A stretch of 40,039 bases of DNA, from the NCBI GenBank assembly GCA_025963875.1, contig JAOPZY010000086.1, positions 1 through 40,039 on the forward strand, read 5' to 3'. The notes below the pieces were generated by a model. It was not told where the DNA came from. It did not search any database and saw only the letters and a list, made by a program, of their open reading frames with translations. The DNA comes from Actinomycetota bacterium (GTDB lineage: Bacteria; Actinomycetota; CADDZG01; JAHWKV01; JAOPZY01). A program made the translations under genes and the position numbers. Positions within the stretch are counted from its first letter, which is position 1. Every line of letters starts with the position of its first letter. Shown in pieces: positions 27,760 through 36,900 of this stretch.

Positions 27760-29357
27760 ACCTGTTCCCCGCACGGACGCGGCCGGAGGAACCGGTCGCC
27801 GAGTCCACCGCCAGGCCGGAGGGCCGCTCCGCGAGATCCAGGCAGGGATCCAGGGGGGCGGTCCTCGAGCTCGTCGCCCTCGGCGCGCTGGCCGCCTTCG
27901 GCCTCGCCGCACGGATCTGGGTCCTGGTGCATCCCCTCGGCGTGCTCGACTCGGACGAGGGGGGAATGGGCCTCGTCGCCCTGCGCCTGCTGCACACCCA
28001 CCACCTCCCGACCTTCTTCTGGGGTCTGAACTACGGCGCTCCCCACGAGTCGGTGCTGGCTGCGCTCCTCTTCGCCGTCATCCGGCCCTCTCCGCTGGTG
28101 CTGAAGTCGGTCCCGATCGTGCTGTCGGGGGTCACGGCAGTCCTCACCTGGCGGATCGGGAGGATCCTGGTCGGGGAACGGGCCGGGCGCTGGGCCGGCG
28201 TCTTCTTCTGGGCGGCGCCCGCCGCCTTCGTGTGGTGGGCCACCAAAATAGCCCTCTACTGGGGGTCGCTCACTCTTGCCCTCGTGGTCCTGCTCCTCCT
28301 GTGCCGGCTCGGCCAGCGCGCCCGGGACGACGCCTGGTACCCGCCGTGGCGGGAGGCCGGCGAAGCCGCCCTGCTCGGCTTGGCGACCGGCCTGGCCTTC
28401 TGGGCCAACCCCCAGACCCTCTACATCATGGTGCCGGCGTACCTCTGGTACGCGCCGAGGCTCCTCCGCCGCTGGCGGGAGCTTCCCGTGATCGGGGCGA
28501 CGGCGCTCCTGGGGGCGGCTCCCTGGATCCGCTACAACCTCATCCATCACTGGGTCTCGTTCCAGTTCGCCCCCCAGCCCGCCGTCGCCGGCGGGTACGC
28601 CGGCCGCGTCCGCCAGTTCTTCCAGATCGCCCTGCCGATGGCGCTCGGACTCAAGGTGCCCTACACGCGGGCGTGGGTGTTCGGCGCCCTGGGCTTGGCG
28701 GTCTTCGTCGTGGCGCTGGCGCTCTTCGTGGTCGGGGCCTTCCGCCTGCCCGCCCCGGCACGGCTCCTCGTCTTCCTGGCAGCCGTCTACCCCTTCCTGT
28801 TCGCCTACTCGCCCTACTCCTGGTACGTGGACCACCCCCGCTACCTTGTCTTCCTGGCCCCCACCGTCGCCATCCTGCTGGGCGCCCTGCTGGCCCGCCG
28901 GCTTGCCTTCTGGGCGGTTGCCGGTGGTGCTGCCCTCGTCGCCCTCAGCGTCTTCGGGCTCGCAGTGATGAACTCGACCGGCAAGACCGCGCCGTACGGG
29001 CCGGACGTGCCGGTCCCCGCCGATCTCGCCCCCCTCGACCAGCTGCTCACCCGGTACAACGTGCACTACGCCTTCGCCGATTACTGGCTCGCCTACCGGA
29101 CGACCTTCGAGACCCGCGAGAAGACACTCGTCTCGCCGACGTACGTCGTCCGTGACCCGGTCATCGACACCCGGGTACGGGCCGCTCCCGTACCCGACTA
29201 CATCTTCATCGCGACCTCCAGGAGCTTGGAGACCTTCCAGACCCTGTGCAGCAACCGGGGGGTGCAGCTGGCGGTGCATCGCAACGGCCCGTTCGCCGTC
29301 GTGATCCCCGAGCAGCGGGTCTTGCCCGAGGACGTCCGTCCCGCATGGCAACCCTGA
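27756..29357 (+). CDS. GT-C (ArnT/PMT-like) membrane glycosyltransferase; probable CTG start
   Basis: TM1 is followed by LDSDEGGMG, FFWGLNYG, HPRYL and ADYWLAY. The first canonical in-frame start after the wzt stop (GTG 27927) would remove TM1. CTG 27756 overlaps the wzt stop. Confidence 0.75.
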   Translation: MNLFPARTRPEEPVAESTARPEGRSARSRQGSRGAVLELVALGALAAFGLAARIWVLVHPLGVLDSDEGGMGLVALRLLHTHHLPTFFWGLNYGAPHESVLAALLFAVIRPSPLVLKSVPIVLSGVTAVLTWRIGRILVGERAGRWAGVFFWAAPAAFVWWATKIALYWGSLTLALVVLLLLCRLGQRARDDAWYPPWREAGEAALLGLATGLAFWANPQTLYIMVPAYLWYAPRLLRRWRELPVIGATALLGAAPWIRYNLIHHWVSFQFAPQPAVAGGYAGRVRQFFQIALPMALGLKVPYTRAWVFGALGLAVFVVALALFVVGAFRLPAPARLLVFLAAVYPFLFAYSPYSWYVDHPRYLVFLAPTVAILLGALLARRLAFWAVAGGAALVALSVFGLAVMNSTGKTAPYGPDVPVPADLAPLDQLLTRYNVHYAFADYWLAYRTTFETREKTLVSPTYVVRDPVIDTRVRAAPVPDYIFIATSRSLETFQTLCSNRGVQLAVHRNGPFAVVIPEQRVLPEDVRPAWQP

Positions 29358-29370
29358 TCCCGTCCAGCAC

Positions 29371-30279
29371 TTGAGGGTGTCTTGGAAACGCCAGTACGTC
29401 AAGCTCTGCGACGTCGCCGACTTCGGTGACCCGCAGCTCTGCGCCGCGGTCGGCGAGATCGAGGGGAGGCCCGCGCCCAGAGCCCTCTCGGAGCGCAAGC
29501 AATGGGAGCGGGGCATGCTCGCCCTCGCCCTGGCCGAGCGCGGCAGCTTGCACGACGAGGCAGCGGTCCTCGCCATCGGCGCCGGCACCGAGCCGGTGCT
29601 CTTCTGGCTCGCCAACCGGGTGGGAATGGTCACCGCCACCGACATCTACGGGGAGGGCAAGTTCGCCGCGGTCGAGGCGGCGGAATCGATGCTGCGAAAC
29701 CCCGCTGCCTTTTCGCCGGTCGACTACCGCAAGGATCGACTCGTTGTGCGGCATATGGACGCCCGGTGTCTGGAATTTCCGACCGGCAGCTTCGACGCGG
29801 TGTACTCGCTCTCGTCCATCGAGCACTTCGGCTCACCGCAGGACATTGCCGGCGCGGCCGCGGAAATGGGAAGGGTTCTCAAGCCAGGCGGCATCGCGGT
29901 GGTGGTCACCGAATGCCTCGTGCATCTCGACCCGCTGGACCGGGCACCCGTCGAGTTCGCGCTGCCACTTGGAACGCTCGGACGGAGGCGCAGGACGGCG
30001 ACGCTTCGCCGCCGGGTGGCGCTTGGTGAAGCCTTCACTCCACGGGAGATGGAAAGCCTGATCGTCAGGCCGTCAGGGTTGCAGCTGGCTCAGCGCCTGG
30101 ACGTGAGCCTGTCCCCCCAGTCGTGGGACAACCTGACCACGGTGCATCCAAGTGGCCGGCTGGAGGCAGCAACGGGGCGGTTGGATCCCCATGTGCTCCT
30201 GAAGATCCACCGCTCCGTCTTTACCTCGGCGTGCCTGGTCCTGCACAAGCTTCCGGCTCCTGCGCCCGGACCCGCCTAA
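29371..30279 (+). CDS. Class I SAM-dependent methyltransferase
   Basis: RKQWE, VLAIGAGTEP, HMDARCLEFPTGSFDAVYSLSSIEHFG, EMGRVLKPGG. Confidence 0.88.
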   Translation: MRVSWKRQYVKLCDVADFGDPQLCAAVGEIEGRPAPRALSERKQWERGMLALALAERGSLHDEAAVLAIGAGTEPVLFWLANRVGMVTATDIYGEGKFAAVEAAESMLRNPAAFSPVDYRKDRLVVRHMDARCLEFPTGSFDAVYSLSSIEHFGSPQDIAGAAAEMGRVLKPGGIAVVVTECLVHLDPLDRAPVEFALPLGTLGRRRRTATLRRRVALGEAFTPREMESLIVRPSGLQLAQRLDVSLSPQSWDNLTTVHPSGRLEAATGRLDPHVLLKIHRSVFTSACLVLHKLPAPAPGPA

Positions 30280-30554
30280 GCCTTGCGGCGACGTCCCCGC
30301 GTCTTGGGCGCCTCGACTGCCGGCGCTTCCGCCTCGCCATTGGTGCTGGGCGCACGACGCCGGGTCCGCGCCGCGCTCGGCGCGTTCTTGGTCAGCGCTG
30401 CGGCGCATGCGGGATGAAGAGTGAGGACAACCTCGCGTCCCAGACCCCTGGCCCCCTGCTTCCGAAGTGCCAGCTTGCCAATGAGGATATTGCTGTCCGT
30501 AATCGGCTTCCCGCAGTAATCGCAGACGTACTCTTCCCTGACGATGACTCCCAC
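30276..30554 (-). CDS. Small basic protein with a CxxC...HxxC putative Zn site
   Basis: GGGAGGGG SD before GTG 30554. CDYCG and LHPAC motifs; Arg/Lys-rich tail ending KTRGRRRKA. Confidence 0.75.
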   Translation of the reverse strand: MGVIVREEYVCDYCGKPITDSNILIGKLALRKQGARGLGREVVLTLHPACAAALTKNAPSAARTRRRAPSTNGEAEAPAVEAPKTRGRRRKA

Positions 30555-30762
30555 AGATCCCCTCCCGAAATAGAATGTGCTTGTCGCGCTCGGCATTCTA
30601 TCTCCGAGACCAGGAGCCCATGCGAATTTGCCCGCGTAGTTTGCCTCCGCTCAGTCATCTCACGAATGCCCCTTGCACACGACTGGACCGAAGCGCAACT
30701 TGGCAGTAGGTTCGTCTGGCAGGCACAGGGGTGCGACGCTGAACTTGTTACCTGCTCAACTA

Positions 30763-30791
30763 TTGACAACCTTACTATCGCGGCGTAGGCT
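30763..30791 (+). promoter_or_regulatory. Housekeeping-sigma promoter of yceI
   Basis: TTGACA (30763-30768), N17, TAGGCT (30786-30791). Confidence 0.8.
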
Positions 30792-30840
30792 CGGCAGGAT
30801 GGACAACCTCGAAGACACCGACAGCGAAGGAGGAACCCAG

Positions 30841-31419
30841 ATGAGCGCCACGGAAGAATCGGTTCGCAACCTGGACGGCGTGCAGCTCCCCGAACCAGGG
30901 ACATGGGAGATCGACGTAGCCCACAGCCAGGTGAGCTTTGTGGTCCGGCACCTGATGGTCAGCAAGGTCCGCGGCAGGTTCGGCAAGTTCTCGGGCACCA
31001 TCGTGGTAGCGGAGAACCATCAGGACTCCAAGGTGGAGGCGACGATCGACGCCGCCAGCATCGACACGGGCGAGCCGAACCGCGACACCCACATCCGGTC
31101 GGCGGATTTCCTGGACGTCGAGAACTACCCCGTGATCACGTTCACCGCCCTCGGTCCGATTCACAAGTCCGGCACCGAGTTCACGCTGTCCGGGGATCTG
31201 ACCATCCGCGGCGTCACCAAGCCGGTCACGCTTGAGGCCGAGTACCTCGGCGTCGTGACGGTCCCGCAGATGGGTACCCGCATGGGCCTTTCGGCCACCG
31301 GCGAGATCAACAAGGACGACTTTGGCGTGCTCTACAACGCAGCCCTCGAGAGCGGTGGGTTCGTGCTCGGCAAGAAGATCCGCCTCGAGCTCGAGGTCGA
31401 GGCCGTCAAGAAGGCCTAA
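30841..31419 (+). CDS. YceI-family polyisoprenoid-binding protein
   Basis: GTWEIDVAHSQVSFVVRHLMVSKVRGRF, RDTHIRSADFLD, GDLTIRGVTKPV. AAGGAGG SD before ATG 30841. Confidence 0.93.
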   Translation: MSATEESVRNLDGVQLPEPGTWEIDVAHSQVSFVVRHLMVSKVRGRFGKFSGTIVVAENHQDSKVEATIDAASIDTGEPNRDTHIRSADFLDVENYPVITFTALGPIHKSGTEFTLSGDLTIRGVTKPVTLEAEYLGVVTVPQMGTRMGLSATGEINKDDFGVLYNAALESGGFVLGKKIRLELEVEAVKKA

Positions 31420-32642
31420 CGACTTGACAGCCGCACGGCTGGGGCCGGGGCGCCGATCCGCTCGAGGAACACCTCGTAGCGGGCGATGATCCGGTCCCAG
31501 TCGTAGCGCCGTTCCACGTAGCGCCGGCCCGCCCTGCCCATCGCTCCCGCGAAGCCAGGATCGGACCGCACCAGGTCGAGCGCTGCCTCGAACTCAGCGA
31601 AGCCGCGGTACGGGATGCCGCCGCCGCTGCGCCGGGCGTGGCCGTCGAGGACGTGGCAGCGGCCCTGGACGAGGGCCGGTTTCGCCAGCGCCCACGCCTC
31701 GACGAGCACCAGCGAGAAGCTCTCGAAATAGGAGGGCTGGACGAGGGCCAGCGATCCCACCATCGCCGCCCGTTTCATGGCCTCCGGCACGAAGCCGGTG
31801 ATGAAGATGTCGGGGTGCGGCGGCATCGGCTCGACGGGATCGCCGACCACGACCAGCGCGAGGTCCGAGGGGTTGCGCCGCTTGTAGGCGCTGAAGAAGT
31901 CGAACAGCTCCACCGAGCCCTTGCCCGGGTCCACCCGCCCCACGTAGACGAGGTAGGGCCGTGCGCCCAGGCCCGGCAGGCCGGCGCGGAATGCCGCGGT
32001 CTGGTCCGCGGAAGCGGCGACGTCGAGCTCGACGCCGAGCCCGGTCACCGTCGAGGGCAGCCGCACGTGGAACCGGTTCGCCACGAGCTCCGCCTCCTCC
32101 TCGGTCAGGAAGGCCAGCGCTTTCGGGAGCCGGTAGGTGATGTCGAAGAGCGAGAGGTACAGCGGCGGCTCGTCGTGGGCGGTCGGGTGCAGGACGGTGG
32201 GCACGAGTCCGGCGGCGGCCGGCAGTCCGGCGGAGGCCGTGTAGTACAGGTACGTGAAGAAGACGATGCGGTCGAAAGAGGTGGCGTGCTCCCGCAGCCA
32301 CGGTGCGAGGCCCGGCATGTTCGGTCCCTGCACGCGCATCCAGTCCCGTTGCATGAACGGGGGCACGCGGTGCCGGCCGAACGGAACCCGGGCGTGCATC
32401 GGGCCGAAGATGCGGTCCGAGCGGGGCTCGGAGACCGGGAGCCGGTGGACGAGGACGCCGTCCAGCTCTTCGGTGCCGGGAGGGTAGGCGTTGGCCCAGT
32501 CGACGTAGCTGACGGCGCAGCTCGTGAGCACCTCGGTGGCGTGGCCCCGGGCGGCCAGGCGCGTGGCGAACTCCCTGGCAGCGAGCTCGGCGCCGCCGGG
32601 CACGAGGGCGCCATACCGCTGCACCACGAACAGGATCCGCAT
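31416..32642 (-). CDS. Glycosyltransferase family 4; paralog of 5586-6785
   Basis: MRILFVVQRYG..VPGGAE, EVLTSCA, PTAHDE, VGRVDPGKG, QPSYFESFSLVLVEAW. Confidence 0.92.
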   Translation of the reverse strand: MRILFVVQRYGALVPGGAELAAREFATRLAARGHATEVLTSCAVSYVDWANAYPPGTEELDGVLVHRLPVSEPRSDRIFGPMHARVPFGRHRVPPFMQRDWMRVQGPNMPGLAPWLREHATSFDRIVFFTYLYYTASAGLPAAAGLVPTVLHPTAHDEPPLYLSLFDITYRLPKALAFLTEEEAELVANRFHVRLPSTVTGLGVELDVAASADQTAAFRAGLPGLGARPYLVYVGRVDPGKGSVELFDFFSAYKRRNPSDLALVVVGDPVEPMPPHPDIFITGFVPEAMKRAAMVGSLALVQPSYFESFSLVLVEAWALAKPALVQGRCHVLDGHARRSGGGIPYRGFAEFEAALDLVRSDPGFAGAMGRAGRRYVERRYDWDRIIARYEVFLERIGAPAPAVRLSSR

Positions 32643-32675
32643 CTACGGGGCCGCCGTTGAGAGTGGGCGCCACCA

Positions 32676-32727
32676 GAAGTTAGTAGCTTTTCCCGCGTAT
32701 CCGCGGGATTTCCTTCTCACCTCGAAA
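32676..32727. repeat. AT-rich interrupted palindrome (REP-like), inverted sibling of 329-381
   Basis: The minus strand reads TTTCGAGGTGAG-N7-TCCCGCG-GATA-CGCGGGA, the same blocks and spacing as 329-365. Confidence 0.8.
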
Positions 32728-32797
32728 GCGCCCGCCGCCTTTGGTATCGTCGCCACGCAGAGTGGGTGCCATGTGGCCCTCGGAGGACCCCCGCCAG

Positions 32798-32846
32798 ATT
32801 CTTTGCTTGTCCTACCGCGTATGGCGCGGTCAGAGAAGCAAAGAAT
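32798..32846. repeat. AT-rich interrupted palindrome (REP-like)
   Basis: Outer stem ATTCTTTGCTT/AAGCAAAGAAT, 5x5 internal loop and inner ACCGCG-TATGG-CGCGGT. Confidence 0.8.
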
Positions 32847-32905
32847 ATTCAGGGCGTCGGGGGAATTCGACAAAGCGGTCTCGACGGACAACGCCTGGTT
32901 GGGCC

Positions 32906-33958
32906 TCAACGGGTGGCGATGACGGTGCCGTCTTCGACCGCCACGTCGGCAAACCCCGCCTCCCGGAACAGGAACGTGAGGTAGGCCGGGTGCACCGGCC
33001 GCTGGTAGCTCGGGTCCCGGTCCCCCGGCCCCGGCGTCACGACCATCGTTCCTCCCGGGCGCAGCTTCTCGGCTGCAAGGGCCACCACGTCGAGCAGCTC
33101 CTGGGCGCTCAAGGACTCCGCCACCGCCAGCAGCGCGATCCCGCCCAGCGACTCCGGAGCAGTGGCTGCCAGCCACCGGACCGCGTCGTCATGGTCGACC
33201 TTCAGGCCGCGGCCGGCGGCCGCCTTCGCCTGCTCGGCGTCGACGTCGACCCCGCTGGCCTCCACGCCCAGGCCCCCGAGCAGCTCGAGCAGCTCGCCGC
33301 GCCCGGATCCGAGGTCGGCCACCGGCGCGCAGCCTGCAAAGCGTTCGGCCAGGGGCCGGTACGCCGACAGCACCTCCTCCCGGCTCCCCCGGAGCTCGTC
33401 GGCGAGGGGCTCCGGGCGGTACCAGGGACGCAGCTGCCGGCGGGCCTCGGCCGCCTCCAGCTCTTCGAGCCGGCGAACGATCGACCCGAGCATGGGGGCA
33501 TCCGCGGGCGATCGCTCGTAGTAGGCGAGACGGTCGAGGATGGCGTCGATCTGCGCGGTGAGCTCGGCGTGCACGTGCGTCGGGTCGTCGAGGGTGGCGA
33601 TCATCGTCCAGAGGATCACCCGCACCGATTCGGCGAACTCCCGGAGCTGCTGCACGATCCAGTCGGTCTGCCGGGTCACGAGCTTGGCGGCCGCCTGGTG
33701 CAACACCTGACCCCCCGGCACCCGGGAGCCCGTGGGGATCATGGCGACGTCGAAGCGCAAGCCGTCCTCGAACGTGGCCATCGCCTTGTGCAGGGCGTCG
33801 AGGTTGCGGACGGGCCGGTGCTCGACGATATGGCGGAAGTGGACGTCGAGGTCATGTTCCAGGCCCGCTGGGTAGGCTCCCGAGGCACGCCGCTCCTCGA
33901 CCCGGGCGCGTAGGCGCTCGAGGACGTCGCTCACAACCGGGGTCTCGTCGGATTCCAA
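32906..33958 (-). CDS. Coiled-coil + methyltransferase-fold protein (WbdD/WsaE-like terminator architecture)
   Basis: Helical N-terminal half, then LRGSREEV, VADLGSGRGELL, GVDVD, KLRPGG and FREAGF. TAATCT lies 9 nt upstream of the TTG. Confidence 0.8.
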   Translation of the reverse strand: MESDETPVVSDVLERLRARVEERRASGAYPAGLEHDLDVHFRHIVEHRPVRNLDALHKAMATFEDGLRFDVAMIPTGSRVPGGQVLHQAAAKLVTRQTDWIVQQLREFAESVRVILWTMIATLDDPTHVHAELTAQIDAILDRLAYYERSPADAPMLGSIVRRLEELEAAEARRQLRPWYRPEPLADELRGSREEVLSAYRPLAERFAGCAPVADLGSGRGELLELLGGLGVEASGVDVDAEQAKAAAGRGLKVDHDDAVRWLAATAPESLGGIALLAVAESLSAQELLDVVALAAEKLRPGGTMVVTPGPGDRDPSYQRPVHPAYLTFLFREAGFADVAVEDGTVIATR

Positions 33959-33993
33959 GATCAGCCGAGATTATCTCTCTTGTCCACTCGCCA

Positions 33994-36900
33994 CTATCGG
34001 GGCAGAGCGGCCACGATCGGCTGATTGAGGTGGACGGACCCGGTCGAGCCGAAGAACGTCCCATCGCCGAAGCCGAAAATGCCGCCGTCCCTCGCCACCA
34101 ACCAGTAGCCGGCGCCGCCGGGGGTGGCGATGGCTGCCACGATCTGCTGGTTGAGATGGATGGCCCCGGTGGACCCGAAGAAGTGGGCGTCGCCGAAGGC
34201 GAAGATCCCGCCGTCGGATGCGACGAGCCAGTAGCCCCCGCCGGTGGGGCTGGCCATGGCCGCGACGATGGGTTTGTTCAGGTTGATCGACCCCGTGGAG
34301 CCGAAGAAGTGGGCGTCGCCGAAGGCGAAGATCCCGCCGTCGGAGGCAACGAGCCAGTAGCCCCCGCCGGTGGGACTGGCCATGGCGGCGACGATGGGTT
34401 TGTTGAGATGGATCGATCCCGTGGATCCGAAGAAGTGGGCGTCGCCGAAGGCGAAGATGCCGCCGTCGGAGGCAACGAGCCAGTAGCCGCCGCCGGTGGG
34501 GCTGGCCATGGCGGCGACGATGGGTTTGTTGAGATGGATCGATCCCGTGGATCCGAAGAAGTGGGCGTCGCCGAAGGCGAAGATCCCGCCGTCGGATGCG
34601 ACGAGCCAGTACCCTGTTGCCTGCGCCGCCGCGATGTGCACCCGGGCGGGTGCGGCGGCGATGCCGTTGTAGACGGGATCGGCGCTGGTCACCGTGTTGG
34701 CCACCACCACGTTGCGTTCCGCCGACGAGCCCCCCGCGGTGGCTCCCACGGCCACCGCCTGGGGCACCGACCAGTTGCCGGCGTCGAAGGTGAGCGACGC
34801 GGGCGACACCGAGACGGCGGGGTCGGGGCTGATCGCCACCGTCACCGCCGCCAGCGGCTTGCTCGTGAGGACGACGGCATAGAACCCCGGCCCGCCGCCC
34901 GGCACGACATTGATCCCTCCCCCATCGTTCACAACGACCGAGGCGGCGTCGGCGTCGGCAATCGTGACGGGGACGGAGTCGACGGGTGAACCGGCGTACT
35001 GGGGATCGGCGCTGGATGCGGTCTGCTGGATGGACACGGTGTGCGACAAGGGCTGCGCCACGTTGTCGTCCGGGGCGCTGACGGACACGGACTGGGCAGC
35101 GCCGGCCGCGTTGAAGACGAGGCTGGCGGGACCGATGGAGAGCTGTGGGTCCGCGGTGAGGTCGATCGTGACCGGCGACGCCGGCGGCGTGAGGAGCGAG
35201 ACGGAATAGCTCGCGGCGGCACCGCCCTCGGTGAGGCTGAGCGACGGGGGCTGGATCAGCACCAGGGTGACCGCGAAGAGTCCCGGGGTCACCGAGGCGC
35301 TGTCCGCCGAGCAGGGACCGTTGTCCTGGCAGACGCGCAGTCTGGCCGACCGCGTCGGCTGGGTGGGGACCTGCCAGGGCGCGGATGTGGCGCCCGGCCC
35401 CATGGTCGCCACCGTCGCCCATTGGGCCGCGTCGATGCCGGTGACCGAAAGCCCGGCGATCCAGGCCGCATCGCTCCCCTGGGCGGCCGAGCCATCCTTT
35501 CGGTAGGCCCACGAGAGCGTGTGCACCCCGGCGGAGATCGGGAAGGACGCCGTGGTGAAGCTGCTGTGGAGCCCGTTGACCATGAGCAACGAGTTGCCGT
35601 CGAGGAAGAACTGCAGGTAGTCGCCGCAGGGAGACGGCGTGCAGGCCTCGGAGTCGACCCGGTAGTTGAACGAGATGGTGCCCGCCACGACCGTCCTCAC
35701 AGGCGTGGTGATCCACGAGGCCTTGTTGTCGTCCCCCGGCACCAGGCCGGAGCGCAGGGCATTGGAGCCGCCGTTCGGGCCAGCCCCCGCTGCAAAGGTC
35801 CACGGCTTGTCGCTGTCGGGCGGCTGGGTGAAGCCGGAGGGCAGGCCCGGGCCTGCGAACGGCTCGCTGTAGGTCCTGGATGCCAGCGCGTTCGGCGTGA
35901 ACTCAACCCGGTACGGCGTGGCAGGATTGCCTGCCGGGACGTTGGTCTGCCAGGTGACGGTCTGGGGCGTGCCGGGACCGTAGGACTCCCCCCCGACGGG
36001 GCCGGTGATCGTGGGCACCACAGGGCGGACCTGGGTGAGCGCGCGGAAGACGTTCAGCCGCCCTCCCGTCGAGGTCGTGCCGGCGAACGCTGTACGCGAG
36101 TCCACCGTTGCCAGCAGCCGGCCCTTCAGCTCGGTCGGCGTCGCCCCGGGGTACTGCGAGCGAAGCAGGGCCAGCGCCCCGGTGACGAAGGGCGCGGCCA
36201 TCGACGTCCCGCTGAGGTAGCCGTACGGCGGCTGGTTGCCCCGGGTGACGGTGCTCAGGATGTTCAGGCCCGGCGCCGCCAGCGCTGTGGGACCGCCGAA
36301 GTTGGAGAAAGAGGCGAGGCCGTCGTTCTGGTCGCTCGCGGCGACGACGATCTCATTGGAGAGGTTGAAGCTGGCGGGGTAGTCGCGGACAGTGCCGAGG
36401 TCCCGACCGGAGCTGCCGTTGCCTGCGGCGACGGAGAACAGGATCCCCGCCTGGCCGGCCTGGATCATGGCCTGACGGAGGGACTCGTTCGGAGAGGTCT
36501 CCCCGCCCCACGACATGTTGATGAACTGCGCACCCTTCTGGATGGCGTAGAGGATCCCGGCGATGGCGTGGGCGTCGTCGCCTGTCCCGCAAGCTCCGGA
36601 CGTCGGGTCGATCGTGAGGAACTTGAGCGGAAGGATCTTCACGTGCCAGGCGACCCCGGCGACGCCCTGGCCGTTGTTGCCGATCGCACCGAGGATGCCC
36701 GCCACGTGCGTCCCGTGGTCGTCGTTGGGACTGCCGGCGCAGGTTTCCGACGGGTCGTAGACGACGTTGGTGCCGTCGAGGAAGTTGTGGGCGTTGGCCG
36801 TGTCGATGTTGGCGGCCAGGTCCGGGTGCCCGGTGTCGATGCCCGTGTCGAGGACCGCCACCGTCACCTCGGGCGAGCCTGTCTGGATGCCCCAGGCGCC

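Noticed and set aside
29371..30279. Horizontally acquired island, suggested by visibly more A/T-ending codons
   Set aside because: This is an impression only and was not quantified. No integrase, tRNA or flanking repeats are present.
33997..34614. Regular DNA repeats as a possible CRISPR array
   Set aside because: The 126-bp period is in frame, there are no unique spacers and no cas genes, so these are protein repeats.
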